Shown: in pieces, positions 1 through 13,900 of the stretch
Layout: the number at the start of each line of letters is the position of its first letter
Numbering within the stretch: position 1 is the first letter of the stretch
Translations under genes and position numbers: made by a program
Notes under the pieces: generated by a model
The model's database searches: none
What the model saw: only the letters and a program-made list of their open reading frames with translations
What the model was told of the DNA's origin: nothing
NCBI GenBank assembly: GCA_964016885.1
Contig: OZ024743.1
Coordinates: forward strand, 223,138,001 to 223,202,000
Direction of reading: 5' to 3'
DNA from: Eledone cirrhosa
Lineage: Eukaryota
DNA length: 64,000 nt

Positions 1-2551
1 AAGGTACAGTTGACTATATCCATGCTGGGACACGGCTTTCTAAGGTAGAGTTGACTGTATCCATGCTGGGACACTGCTTTCTAAGGTACAGTTGACTGTA
101 TCCATGCTGGGACACTGCCTTCAAAGGTACAGTTGATTGTATCCATGCTGGGATACTGCTTTCTAAGGTACAGTTGATTGTATCCATGCTGGGACACTAC
201 CTTCAAAGGTACAGTTGACTGTATCCAAGCTGGGACACTGCCTTCAAAGGTACAGTTGACTGTATCTATGCTGGGATACTGCCTTCAAAGGTACAGTTGA
301 CTGTATCTATGCTGGGATACTGCCTTCAAAGGTAGAGTTGACTGTATCCAAGCTGGGACACTGCTTTCTAAGGTACAGTTGACTGTATCCATGCTGGGAC
401 ACTTCTTTCTAAGGTACAGTAGACTGTATCCATGCTGGGACACTGCCTTCAAAGGTACTGTTGACTGTATCCATGCTAGTACATTGCCTTCAAAGGTACA
501 GTTGACTGTATCTATGCTGGGACACTGCTTTCTAAGGTACAGTTGACTGTATCCATGCTTGGACACTGCATTCTAAGGTACAGTTGACTATATCCATGCT
601 AGGACATTGCCTTCAAAGGTACTGTTGACTGTATCCATGCTAGGACATTGCTTTCAAAGGTAGAGTTGTCTATATTGATGATAGGACACTGCTTTCTAAG
701 GTACAATTGACTGTATCTATGCTGGGACATTACTTTGTAATGTACAGTTGACTGTATCCATGCTGGGACATTGCCTTCAAAGATACAGTTGACTGTATCC
801 ATGCTGGGACACTGCCTTCAAAGGTACAGTTGACTGTATCCATGCTGGGACACTGTTTTCAAAGGTACAGTTGGCTGTATCCATGCTGGGACACTGCTTT
901 CTAAGGTACAGTTGACTGTATCCATGCTGGGACACTGCCTTTCGAAGGTACAGTTGACTGTATCCAAGCTGGGACAGTGCCTTCAAAGGTACAGTTGACT
1001 GTATCCAAGCTGGGACACTGCTTTCTAAGGTACAGTGTACTGTATCCATGCTGGGACACTGCCTTCAAATGTACAGTTGACTGTATCGAAGCTGGGACAC
1101 TGCTTTCTAAGGTACAGTTGACTGTATCCATGCTGGGACACTGCCTTCAAAGGTAATTGGCTGTATTGGTGCTAGGACACTGACCTCAAAGGTACAGTTG
1201 ACTGTATCCATGCTGGGACACTGCTTTCTAAGGTACAGTTGACTGTATCCAAGCTGGGACACTGCATTCAAAGGTACAGTTGACTGTATCCATGCTAGTA
1301 CACTGCCTTCAAAGGTACAGTTGACTGTATCTATGCTGGGACACTGCTTTCTAAGGTACAGTTGACTGTATCCAAGCTGGGACACTGCCTTCAAAGGTAC
1401 AGTTGACTGTATCCATGCTAGGACAATGCTTTCTAAGGTACAGTTGACTGTATCCATGCTGGGACACTGCCTTCAAAGGTACAGTTGGCTGTATCCAAGC
1501 TGAAACACTGCTTTCTAAGGTAGAGTTGACTGTATCCATGCTGGGACACTGCCTTCAAAGGTACAGTTGACTGTATCCAAGCTGCAACACTGCCTTCAAA
1601 GGTACAGTTGACTGTTTCCAAGCTGGGACACTGCCTTCAAAGGTAATTGACTGTATTGATGCTAGGACACTGCCTTCAAAGGTATAGTTGAATGTATCCA
1701 AGTTGGGACACTGCTTTCTAAGGTACAGTTGACTGTATCCATGCTGGGACACTGCTTTCTAAGGTGGAGTTCACTGTATCCATGCTGGGACACTGCTTTC
1801 TAAGGTACAGTTGACTATATCCATGCTGGGACACTGCCTTCAAAGGTACAGTTGACTGTATCCAAGCTGGGACACTGCTTTCTAAGGTACAGTTGACTGT
1901 ATTGATGCTGGGACACTGCTTTCTAAGGTACAGTTGACTATATCCATGCTGGGACACTGCCTTCAAAGGTACAGTTGACTGTATCTATGCTAGGACATTG
2001 GTTTCTAAGTTACAGTTGACTGTATTGATGCTAGGACACTGCCTTCAAAGGTACAGTTGACTGTATCCAAGCTGAGACACTGCTTTCTAAGGTGCAGTTG
2101 ACTGTATCCATGCTGGGACACTGCTTTCTAAGGTACAGTTGACTGTATCCATGCTGGGACACTGCTTTCTAAGGTACAGTTGACTGTATTGATGCTGGGA
2201 CACTGCTTTCTAAGGTACAGTTGACTGTATGGAAGCTGGGACACTGCTTTTTAAGGTACAGTTGACTGTATCCATGCTGGGACACTGCTTTCTAAGGTAC
2301 AGTTGACCATATCCATGCTGGGACACTGCTTTCTAAGATAGAGTTGACTGTATGCACGCTGGGACACTGCTTTCTACGGTACAGTTGACTGTATCCATGC
2401 TGGGACACTGCTTTCTAAGGTACAGTTGACTATATCCATGCTGGGACACTGTTTTCTAAGGTACAGTTGACTATATCCATGCTGGGACACTGCTTTCTAA
2501 GGTACAGTTGACTATATCCATGCTGGGACACTGCTTTCTAAGGTACAGTTG
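1..2551. repeat. 41-bp tandem satellite (runs off the left window edge)
   Basis: Unit aaggtacagttgactgtatccatgctgggacactgc(tttct|cttca) repeated about 60 times, with two mixed variants and an internal hairpin tacagt-tg-actgta. The minus-strand ORFs here are repeat artefacts. Confidence 0.97.
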
Positions 2552-3588
2552 AATTTACAAAGAATATCTGAACAAGATTTGAACTCAGAATGCCAAGAGA
2601 TATAAATACCACAGCATACCGTTTCAATAATCTACTGAATCTTCCTTCCTCCCTCTCTCTCTATATATATATTTAACATACATATATGTGTGTGTGTGCA
2701 TGCACATGTGTATATTTGTATGAATGTGTTTGTGTAGGGGTGCACATGTGTATAAATGCATATGTGTGCATGTGTGTGTATATATGTATGAGTGCACGTG
2801 TGTGTGTGTATATGATAAAATGAAATATCCCCAAACATTTATTTTCTTTTAGCATTAAAAAAAAAGTGTTTCTCAGAAAAATTTATATAATATTTGCCTC
2901 ATATCAGTAATTAACTAGACTCTTGATTAATCAGTTAAACCAGCTGGTAATTAATCATCCTCTGTTATTTAAATTGCTGACAACAACAGAACAGCATGTT
3001 GAAACTATATTGCATGATACATAAGAGATAAGAAGCCTAAATACAGGAATGACTGATATCCATATCTATATTTTTAGGAGTTAACAAATGAACCTCTATA
3101 TGGTTTTTCAGCCCACCAGAAATAGCAGCTTAGTCTCCCTCAGACCACACCATGCCATCTTAAAAAAGCAAGGATGCATTGGACAATGTTTTTTTTTTCA
3201 TTGCTTAATCAGAGTTTTCAAGACTGAAGCAAGTTAATCCTAATCTAGAGACTTGGTCCAAATGCTTGGAACAGAATAGATTCAGCTAAAAGCATCTAAA
3301 GGTAATGTGGTTGAGTTGAACTAGGTGATAGATTAAGTCTACTACCCAAAATCATGCAGTTATTTTCTATCATAAACACTGAAACAAGGTGAAGTTATTT
3401 TGTTATGATGGGCATTCATGAAATAACCTATTCTGTCTAAGTGGCTGATAAATTATCTTTTTTGGACAAGACAGCTAAAATAACAGAAATATACTGCCAG
3501 GAGTTTAGTGCCTAAAGGTAGATGGATGTACATTGAATATGTTAATACTTAACTATTGTTTATCATGTGGATGGAGTCCTTGAGTGAA

Positions 3589-3793
3589 CCCTTTAATGTT
3601 CAAACCGGTCAAAACTGGCCAGAATTCTCTCACCTCTTTCTGTTGAAACTGGCTGTAACTGGCTCAAACTGATGTTCAGGTATTGTTCTCAAAATAAATA
3701 CTTTCAAAATCTCATAGATTCGATATTATGTGAGGTAAAGCCTTTACCATGAAAATATAATAGTATATATAGAGTAATGTGAATGCTAAAGGG
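3589..3793. mobile_element. piggyBac-type MITE (left TTAA degenerate)
   Basis: ccctttaatg...gctaaaggg followed by ttaa; same family as 4241-4439. Confidence 0.65.
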
Positions 3794-3963
3794 TTAATCT
3801 CAATATTTTATATTTCTATGCAGATTTTCTGGCCTACCCAATAACAGATCATTAACCTTTTTGTTACTCCATTTCTAATGAAATACACTGTATTTGAATG
3901 AATTAATGAAGAATTTAGAGGGATTTACTAACATCATTAATTAGTTCATTATTAAGATAGTAA

Positions 3964-4157
3964 GGGTGGTGGATTGGCAGTATCGGTAGAGGGTCGGACG
4001 CCATGCTTTGACGCATTGAGTTACGGCCCTTGTCATTCTGAGTTCAAATCCCGCCGAGGTTAACTTTGCCTTTCATCCTTACGGGGTCGATAAAATAAAG
4101 TACCGGTAATACACTGGGTAATTGCTGGCCTTGTGCCAAAAGTAGAAACAATTATTA
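3964..4157 (+). mobile_element. tRNA-derived SINE
   Basis: A-box-like tggcagtatcgg, B-box-like gagttcaaatccc, core gcctttcatccttacggggtcgataaaataaagtacc and an (att)n tail; more than 25 related copies in the window. Confidence 0.85.
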
Positions 4158-4240
4158 AGATAGTATTTCTAACATAATTTAACAAAAGGTTCTTATATAA
4201 AACAATGTTGGAAGTTTTGATATAAATAGAAACTCTTTAA

Positions 4241-4439
4241 CCCTTTAGTATTTAAACCGACCATCTCCGGCCAAGATTCTCACACCTCTTTCTGTTCAAA
4301 CCAGCCATAACCAGCCACTCATACTAATGTTAAAATATTGTTCTCAATATCAAAATCTCGTAGATTCGATATTATGTGAGATAAAGCCTTTACCATGAAA
4401 ATACAATAATAGATATAGAGTAATGTAAATGCAAAAGGG
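4241..4439. mobile_element. piggyBac-type MITE
   Basis: TTAA at 4237-4240 and 4440-4443; termini ccctttagtattta / taaatgcaaaaggg. Confidence 0.8.
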
Positions 4440-5241
4440 TTAAAACACACGATTTGATAAAAAAAATGATGTGGTTTTCTGCAGGTTGATACAAAATATT
4501 GCTTTTTAAAAGTTTTATTAACCCTTTTTGATACCAAGCCACCTGAAACTTCTCCTGGTGCTATGATACAAAATTATTTTTTTCAAAGTGTTCATATTCA
4601 TCTAAAAATACCCCCATTGCAATGCTATGATAAATAACGAGAAAGTTAGTAATATTACTAAATCCCTCCAAATACTTGATTATTTTCCAAATTATTTGAA
4701 AATCCTAGATAGTGTTCTTTATTAGAAATATGGTAATGAAAGGGTTAAACAATGCTTGAGGTTACTTTGTTATAACCTTCAGCACACTTTTGTATATCAT
4801 AATACTGACAGATAACTAGGTAGTGATATAGACAGACAGACCAATATCATACATACATATATACATACATCACACATACATGGTACATACACACATACCC
4901 TCATGCACACATACACACACACATACACTCATGCATGCATACATAATACATACATACATCCATGCATCCACACATACATACTTAGAGAGACAGATAGACC
5001 AACAGATAGACAGTCAGATAGATAGATAGGTTTCTTTATTTGCACAGGGGCGCACAAAAATGGGACATTACAAGACGTGACGGCGGGGGGTTTACATAAA
5101 ATATCTAAACAATGATAAATAACAAGTAGAATGAAAAACAGCCATCCAGACAAAAAGATATAGAGATAGATAAATAGAGAAATGAATAGATAGATAATTA
5201 GACCAGCAGAAAGAAAAGTAGATTAATGATGGGTGGCTGGT

Positions 5242-5568
<327 letters not shown>

Positions 5569-5777
5569 TAGATTTCCAGCACATATATTCAGGATGTGTG
5601 AGGAATATACATCTGCACTATGTTATTCATATTCTGCATTACATTCTAACACAGTATGAAGTCATTTAAACAGATGCCATATATTTAAGTTTTGATACGT
5701 GTGAACCCCACAGATTAAGATATGTATCTCTGAGTGTGAGTGGCAGAGAAAGAAGGAAAGAATATATATATATATAT

Positions 5778-6185
5778 TACATGTTATAAAGTGGTTGCTG
5801 ATAGGAAGGGCATCCAGCCATAGAAAGCTTACCAAACAAAGAGTCAGGAGGACCCTTCAGTTGTGTCAAGGACATGACAACCTCCCTAGTGTTGGTGATC
5901 TCCATGATAAATGCACCCAGTACATGCTGTAAACTGGTTGGTGATAGAAAGGGTATCCAGTCATAGAAATCTTGCCAACAGAGAGGACTCTCAGTTGTGT
6001 CAAAGACATGACAACCTCTCCTGTGCACTCGGTGGAATGTGAGACCCTACATATGTAATACAGATCTCTGGCCTGCCTGGGAGATCAGTGGCTCCACTTT
6101 TGTACTGATTTGCTCTATGTAGACCTGTCCAACTCTTCCTAGCAGGGAAGGTGGATGTTAAAACAAAAATGATGGTGATGATGAT
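5778..6185 (+). mobile_element. short retroposon with RTE-like 3' end and (TGA)n tail, in (TA)n
   Basis: Ends ctagcagggaaggtggatgttaaa...tgatgatga, like the RTE 3' end at 14099-14155. Internal duplication of gataggaagggcatccagc. Relatives near 8855, 43830, 56500 and 61795. Confidence 0.65.
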
Positions 6186-7026
6186 ATATATATATAGAAA
6201 GAGAGAAACAGACATACAGACAAGGGTTACTTATTATGATACAAGCCACTGATCTCTGCTGGTTGTTGAATATCCTCAAAGGTGAAAGGAATATAGAACA
6301 AATGTAGAGATGTATTATCCCAAATAAAATGATCTGTTTATGTATGAAACCAGATAGTAGCCAACATAATGTGTACAGGATGGAGTATGTGTGTATAAAG
6401 ACATGAGTGACAATGTGAACATGTGAGTGAAAAGGCAATTAAGTGATTGCCAAAAGTAGAGGTTTTTACCTACAATGTGTATTGAGTGTGCTTTAATGTT
6501 GATTGTTTCACAAAAAATGTTATATCATCATCATTAGCATACAATTTAACTATACAAGTACTGCACTCTCTAGATGGCTCACAATGTGTTTACAAGGAGA
6601 AATTACAACTCACTACATCACACACCACAAAATAAAGGTAGATAGAAAAATACTAAGAGACAATTAAATAGGTGATTCATTATAGGAGCAATACAATGTT
6701 AAGATAAACACATCATAAAACAAAGTAAACATGTGACTAATAGCATACATTTAAAGGCCAAACTTCAAATTTCAAATTATAGAAATAAAACAAACATTTC
6801 ATAAAGTACATTTACCTACAATAGAAGAGGCAGTGAAAAATCAAACATTCTGCATCCTGATGATGAAACTGAAAGTCTAGAAACATGGATTTGATTACAG
6901 ATTTAACAAAAGAATTGCTGACTGTGAGTCATGTCCCCTCTAGCCGAAGAGCAAGGGTAAAGCCATCGGATCTTTTCCCACTGATCCTGAACAATCCAGC
7001 TGACTCAAGAATTGATTCTGACTGTA

Positions 7027-7177
7027 CAGCCATTAGGCAAAATTACAATATCAATCGGCACTAGTGTGACATCATCAACGTTTGCTTGCATCACATCAAC
7101 TTCTTTACATAATTGTGTTAACATCTAATGATGTCACACAAGTGCCGATTGCTGTTGTAATGTTTGCATAACAGCTG
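7027..7177. mobile_element. palindromic MITE
   Basis: TA-flanked cagc...gctg; arms caatcggcactagtgtgacatcat / atgatgtcacacaagtgccgattg are reverse complements with one mismatch. Confidence 0.7.
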
Positions 7178-7401
7178 TACTCTGGTGTCACTGAAATACG
7201 CATTGTGCAATAAATAAGATTATGTAACATCCATCTTAACATTAATTCATACATAGAAATTCCATCGCGTTTGATCACCATTGTAATACTGGATATATAT
7301 GAATGACATGGTATGCTCTTACCTGCTTACACCTGTTAATCAATGATACATTGCAAGGCAACTCTTACAAATAAACAACTCAGTAATTAATTAGCAATTT
7401 A

Positions 7402-8670
7402 TGAGGTAGACTCAAGAGGTTTTGAGACTTTTATCAGAGAGACATTTATTTTACTCAGATCCACACAAAATTCTTGTCTCCCTCAAAGTAGGATCCTCCA
7501 GCTTCAATACACTTGTTGTAGTGCTCCAGCCACTTCTGGAAGGCCCCCCTTGTAGTCCTCCAAAGTGAAGGTGTCCAGGGTGCCTCCATCATCTCCTCCA
7601 TATTTTCAAAGTGGATACCCCTGAGCTTCTCCTTCAACTTCGGGAACATCCAGAAGTCATATGAGGCTAAGTCTGGATTGTAAGGAGGATGAGGGACAGT
7701 CTTGATCCCCATATTGGCCAAGTAGTTGGTAACCAGAATGGATTTATGGTACGGGACATTGTCCTGGTACATGTGCCACTACTAACCAGACTTGAAGAGT
7801 TCTGGTATCTAGTGCGAAATCTCTTTTTGAACTGCCTCAAAACCTCTACATAGCACTCTTTGTTGACTGTCTGGCCATGGGGGACCCAGTGATTGTAGAT
7901 GATGCCATCAAAGAATGGGATCATCATGAGCTTCCCAGTGGACCTGCTTTGCATGGCCTTCTTGGATCTTGGGGAGTCAGAATGTTTCCACTGGGCACTC
8001 AGTCTTTAGGTCTCTTGATCATAACAGTAGACCCAGCTCTTGTCACAGGTTACCAGAGAAGCGATCTACTTGACCATTTCCCTGCTATCATCAACACGTC
8101 CCTGCCTTTGATCTTCATTGAGCACCCTGGAAACAAACTTTGCGCATATTCAGATCATCATGAATGACTGTGCACATGTTTAACAATCGTCAGAAGAGAT
8201 GCACGACTCCTCATCCAGAAATTTGCAAATTTTGTCAACCAGCTTTGGCGTCCTGATGTCTGTCACCCTGCCACAGCTCTCATCGTATTTCAGCTGCTCC
8301 TTTCTCTCGTGGACCCTCTTGTGCCAGTGGAAAACTGTCACCTGGCTCATGAAAGTTATTCCGTAAGCAGTTTAGACCATTTCATAGGTTTCTGTAGCGT
8401 TGTTGTTGAGCTTGACACAAAACATTATCGCATGTCGAGCCTCCAAGTTGTCCTCATGTCCCGACTGCATTGTGGAACCAGTCAACTGTGACACGACATG
8501 TATGATAGGTAGTGTTTAAAGTGCTGTAGTGGCCTGGACCTTCAACCTGGAAAAAAAAGATTTGGCATGTTAGCTTATTATAACTATATCAAGGATGTAT
8601 TAGAGTGACAGTTACATAGGACAATTAAAGGGGCCTGAAAAAAGTCTCAAAACTTCTTGAATGTACCTCG
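7402..8670 (-). mobile_element. mariner (DD34D) transposon, full-length but decayed
   Basis: About 36-bp TIRs (tgaggtagactcaagaggttttgagactttt / aaaagtctcaaaacttcttgaatgtacctcg), TA on both sides, about 1.27 kb. Frameshifted transposase with QDNVPYH...PYNPDLASYDFWMF (34 residues between D2 and D3). Confidence 0.92.
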
Positions 8671-9362
8671 TATACATTTTGCTGTCGAAATAGCATGAGC
8701 TCAGCCGTCAGGCTCTGACTTTCTAATATATTTACACTATACTATCCCAAGCATTATCCAGTTCTCTGCTGAAAAATGGTTTCACTAGTTTAAAATTGGT
8801 AATCCTTATCTCTCCCTCTCTCCCTCTCTCTCTATATATATCTATATATATATATCATCATCATCATCATCACCGTTTTACGTCTATTCTTCCACGCTAG
8901 CATGGGTTAGACAGGTTGTCCTGTTGTGGGCAGTGTCCAGTCAGCTGACCTTGTCTTGCTCATACGGGAACTGATTTTGGCTTGATTTCTACAGCTAGAT
9001 GCCCTTCCTAAAACACCAACCTCATTTACAGTGAGTGTTGGGTGCTTTTTTTCCGTGACGCCTACACGCCCACTTTACAGTGGAATGATAGGGACCCCAA
9101 TCTTATCATCTCATTTCTACAGCTGAGTAAACTGGAGCCCATGCTCTAACCACTAAGCCATGCACTATATATATAAGTAGAAGGGATATTTAATTTGTTG
9201 GAAATCCGACAAATATAAATATAAATGTTTATAACTGATTTAGAGCACTCAACAAGTTCCTGGAGTAAATATTCAATGATATTAAATAAATGGAACCAGA
9301 GAATAACCAACTGATAAGGTATGATTTTCCTGGGTATGTCTCTATTTATAAAACAAACTTTG

Positions 9363-9423
9363 TATTTTATCTGAAGAAAGCACCAAAGTGTTTTGGTACC
9401 CTTGAAATATATATAATAAAATG
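9363..9423 (+). ncRNA. type I hammerhead ribozyme (family B)
   Basis: Stem I uauuuuau/auaaaaug; CUGAAGA at 9371; stem II with accaaa-gugu-uuuggu; GAAA; palindromic stem III AUAUAUAU; AUA site, predicted cut after 9415. Confidence 0.7.
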
Positions 9424-9467
9424 AATATGGTTTTATAAATATAGTTTCCATTTATTTAATATCAATG

Positions 9468-9512
<45 letters not shown>

Positions 9513-9553
9513 TGATATTAAATAAATGGAAACTATATTTATAAAACCATATT

Positions 9554-9614
9554 TATTTTATTATATATATTTCAAGGGTACCAACATTTTGGTACGCTAT
9601 CATCAGATAAAATA
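9554..9614 (-). ncRNA. type I hammerhead ribozyme (family B)
   Basis: Minus strand reads uauuuuau CUGAUGA u agcguaccaa aaug uugguacccu u GAA AUAUAUAU A auaaaaua; perfect 8-bp stem I. Confidence 0.8.
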
Positions 9615-9884
9615 CAAAATGTTTTATAAATATTTGACATAACCAAGGATAATATACCTTACCACCAAATTGAATATCCCTTCTGCTTATATATAAATAT
9701 ATATGTATATATATATACAGGGTGCAGACAATATTTGTTCGCAAGATTACTGTCTAGGAAAAAATAATGTCAAATATTTATAAAACATTTTGATGATAGC
9801 GTACCAAAATGTTGGTACCCTTGAAATATATATAATAAAATAAATATGGTTTTATAAATATAGTTTCCATTTATTTAATATCAA

Positions 9885-9947
<63 letters not shown>

Positions 9948-10074
9948 TGATATTAAATAAATGGAAACTATATTTATAAAACCATATTTATTCTATTATA
10001 TATATTTCAATATTTCAATAATATACCTTACCACCAAATTGAATATCCCTTCTGCTTATATATAAATATATATA

Positions 10075-10943
10075 TAGGGTGCGGACGATATTTGTTCGCA
10101 AGATTACTGTCTAGGGAAAAATAACACAGTAGTTTTATTTTTTAAGATATATTTATCAAACTTGGGTCAGTTTGTCTTCATGACTTGTTCTTTCGATCTC
10201 ACTCGATAAACCCGCCATTGGCTTTGATGACGGCCTCGGAACCGGCTACAGGCCTTCGTCACTGTCCCCCGACTTAGGCCCCTAAAAGCACTTGTGATCC
10301 TGGCCTTCAGATCGTCTTTCGTATTGCAGCTAGATCTGCTGGTGTCTCGTTCCACTGCGCCCCACACAAAGAAGTCAACGGGGTTGCAGTCTGGCGAGCT
10401 GGCAGGCCAGATGTCAGGTGAAGTGTGGTTGACGAAGTTCTCTGACAGCCAGGCTTGGGTCTTTTGGCTGGTATGGCAGGGCGCTGAGTTTTGCTGCCAC
10501 ATGTACAGCCTACCTGCAGCTACCTGGTCGATCCAGGGCTTTACTATCTCGCTCAGAACACAGATGTAGCCATCGGTGTTCAGCTTGAGGCCCTCAGGGA
10601 AGAAGTGAGGTAGCATGACGTCACCTTGACTGCTGACGACACCTAAGACCAATGTTGTCGCTAGAAACTTTGTCTGCACGTCTTTGGATGAGACACCATT
10701 CTCCTGCTGACGCTAAGAAAGTCTGAAATTTCCTTATTTGTCCTCCCGGCGCGGATTCCAAGAAGAACTCCGTGTCTCTTCCACAAATTTGGAGGTTCCA
10801 AATTATTCATAATCAATTATTCTGAAAATAAATAATGGAAATATAGTCACTGTTTTTATGAAGACAAGAGTGACAAAGGAAGTAAAAAAAATTTGCATAA
10901 AATTAGCAGTTGAAAATTGCGAACAAATATCGTCCTCACCCTG
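10075..10943 (-). mobile_element. maT/DD37D Tc1-mariner element, internally deleted
   Basis: TIRs (t/c)agggtgcggacgatatttgttcgcaa / ttgcgaacaaatatcgtcctcaccctg in TA context. ORF 10167-10679 has WQQNSAPCH...WPASSPDCNPVDF (37-residue spacing; D2 mutated to N). Confidence 0.85.
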
Positions 10944-10962
10944 TATATATATATATATATAT

Positions 10963-13900
10963 TGTGTTAGGAAGGGTATCCAACCAGTGTATCAATGCCA
11001 AAACGCTTATCAGCACAGCAACAAATAAGAACAACAACAAAATATGAAGACGTCGCATCTCAGAGTTGCAACACTTAATGTTGGCACTCTCAGAGGTAGA
11101 TCTGCTGAAATAGCGGAGATGCTGGAGAGAAGGCAGGTGGATGTGTGCTGTGTGCAAGAGGTGAGATGGAGAGGTGCCTCTGCGAGACTAGTCGTAGGCA
11201 AGCGTCTTGGCTATAAGCTATTCTGGGTAGGTAAGGATGATGGGCTAGGGGGAGTAGGCATTTTCCTGGCTGAGAAATGGATCAATAAGACAATAGAGGT
11301 AGTTCGAGTTAGTAATCGAATAATTAAGCTTAGATTAGTTGTAGGTAGGGGACTACTGACAATCATCTCGGCCTATGCTCCCCAAGCAGGCCTAGGCAAA
11401 GATGAGAAAGACTGCTTTTATGAGCAACTTTTGCAAACAACCGCAATGACAGAGGACGGAGACATTGTTATGCTAGCAGGAGATTTCAATGGTCATGTTG
11501 GACAGCTCCAGGATGGTTACACTGGGGTACATGGTGGGCACGGTTACGGTTCAAGAAATCAAGAAGGAGTGAGACTTCTTGAATTTTGTGATGCGGGTAC
11601 ATTGACTATTTGCAACACAAACTTCCAGAAACTTGCCAATCACCTAATAACCTACATATCTGGTGAGCACATAAGCCAGATTGACTTCCTACTAGTTAGG
11701 CAGCGGGACAGGCAGATAGTGTCTAATACCAAGGCATACCCTGGGGAAGAATGTACCCCACAGCATAGGTTAGTTGTTAGTGATATCAGAGTAAGCAAGA
11801 GATGGAATGAGACATATAGGAAGGTGTGGAGAAGAAAGGTCTGGAAGCTAAAAGACCTTTCACTAAAATACAAATTTAGGAAAGCCCTTCAAGATGTATA
11901 TGACGAAAAAGAAGACGATTTAGAGACGTATGACATAGATAATAACTGGAATTTCTTACGTGACAACTTGTTGCAGGCTACTGATGAAACCTGTGGCTGG
12001 AGCAGAGCTCCAACCAGACAGAGAATGACCTGGTGGTGGAACAGCACAGTAGATAAGGCTATTAGAGACAAAAGACTAGCATGGAAGGCTTGGAAAAAGG
12101 GTGGGAGTAGGGAAGAATATACAGCCACTAAGAGAGAAGCTAGACGTCAGGTGTACTTAGCACGCAGGGAGGCAGAGAGTAGGAGGTTTGCCAATGTTCT
12201 GCGACAGGAAGATCAGAGGCGTGCGGTGTTCCACATTGCAAGGCAGTGTGTCAATGCAAATCAGGATGTTGTTGGAGATAAATGTGTCCGGGATGATGCC
12301 GGTGTACTTAGTGTCACGAATGATCAGAAAAAGGAGGCCTGGAAATGTCATTATGAGAGACTGATGAATGTGGAGAACGAATGGGAGAGAGAAATTACCC
12401 TTGGTAGATCCAACAGAGGGACCAGCTATTGAGATTGACGAATATAGGGTCCAAGAGGCGATTAGGGAAATGAAAAATGGTAAGGCTGCCGGACCATCGG
12501 GAATAGTTGCTGAGATGCTGAAGGCATCAGGGGACGTAGGCACTAAACTGGTTGCACGCATCATCAATCGGGCTATATATGGTGGTGTCATACCCAAAGA
12601 CTGGTGCAGCAGTATTCTCATAAATTGCTACAAAGGTAAAGGGGATGCTTTGGAGAGGAGCAATTATAGGGGTATAAAACTGATAGATCAGGTTATGAAA
12701 GTGGCAGAAAGGATTTTAGCACAACTAATTAGAGAAAGGGTCAAACTAGATGAGATGCAGTTTGGTTTTGTGTCTGGGAAGAGTACAACAGATGCCCTCT
12801 TCTTGGTGAGACAATTGCAAGAGAGGTTCTTAGAGAAGAATAAGCCACTATACTTAGCCTTTGTTGACCTAGAGAAGGCCTTTGATAGGGTACCCCGATC
12901 TGTCATCTGGTGGTCCCTAAGGAAGCTAGGTGTTGAGGAATGGCTTGTGAGGACAGTGCAAACTTTGTACAGAGATACTCTCAGTAAAGTCAGGGTAGGA
13001 ATGGAGTTTAGTGAGGAATTCCAGATACAAGTAGGAGTACATCAGGGTTCGGTCCTCAGCCCGCTCTTGTTCATTATAGTCCTCCAAGCCATAACAGAGG
13101 AGTTTAAGACTGGCTGTCCATGGGAACTTCTCTATGCTGACGATCTGGTTCTTATAGCAGAATCAGTAGAGGAGCTAGGGAATAAATTCTGGCTATGGAA
13201 ACAGCAGTTGGAAGCAAGAGAACTGAGAGTGAATCTAGCTAAGACAAAAGTGTTGATGAGTAGAAAAGAGGACAAAACCCTGATTTCGTCAGGGAAATGG
13301 CCATGTTCGATATGCAGAAAAGGAACTGGCATAAATTCTATAAAATGCACACAATGCAGATCCTGGGTACACAAGAGATGTAGCGGGATAGCAGGCAAAC
13401 TAACAGGTAGGGAGAAATATGTATGCAGTAGATGTACAGGGAAATTAGACAGTAGAAGTCGCACTGATAGACAGATTTTTCAAATACAAGAGGGCGCTAT
13501 AGAAGTGGTGGATAGCTTCCGGTACCTAGGAGATCAGATTAGCATGGGAGGAGGGTGTTCCGAGGCCATGGTATCTAGAATAAGGACGGGTTGGAAGAAG
13601 TTTAGGGAGCTGCTTCCTCTGTTGACGAAGAAGGGTTTCTCCCTGCGTACGAAAGGCCGGTTGTATGATGCCTGTGTGAGGAGCGCGATGCTGCATGGTA
13701 GTGAGACATGGGCAGCAACTGCAGAGGATATACGACGGCTGGAGAGAAATGAGGCAAGCATGCTCCGTTGGATGTGCAGTGTAAATGTGCGTGAACGACC
13801 CAGCATAAATGTGTTGAGAGAGAAACTGTGTCTGAGAGGGATAGAATGTAGTGTACGGGAGAGGAGACTGAAGTGGTATGGACATGTGATGCGCATGGAG

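Noticed and set aside
285-1966. Repeated minus-strand ORFs, or a CRISPR-like array
   Set aside because: Contiguous 41-bp tandem units with no unique spacers and no cas genes; the unit is not a multiple of 3.
6231-6333. Candidate minus-strand exon HFIWDNTSLHLFYIPFTFEDIQQPAEISGLYHN with AG/GT borders
   Set aside because: Weak acceptor, no recognisable homology and no partner exons; needs RNA-seq.
6850-6895. ctgatga...gaaacatgg hammerhead-like string
   Set aside because: Lacks U16.1 and has no stem I pairing.
6925-7020. Minus-strand peptide SAGLFRISGKRSDGFTL resembling RLE retroelement motifs (GKRPDG)
   Set aside because: Too short and degenerate to call.
9786-9845. Third hammerhead in the 9-kb cluster
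   Set aside because: A deletion removed C3 and the 5' strand of stem I.
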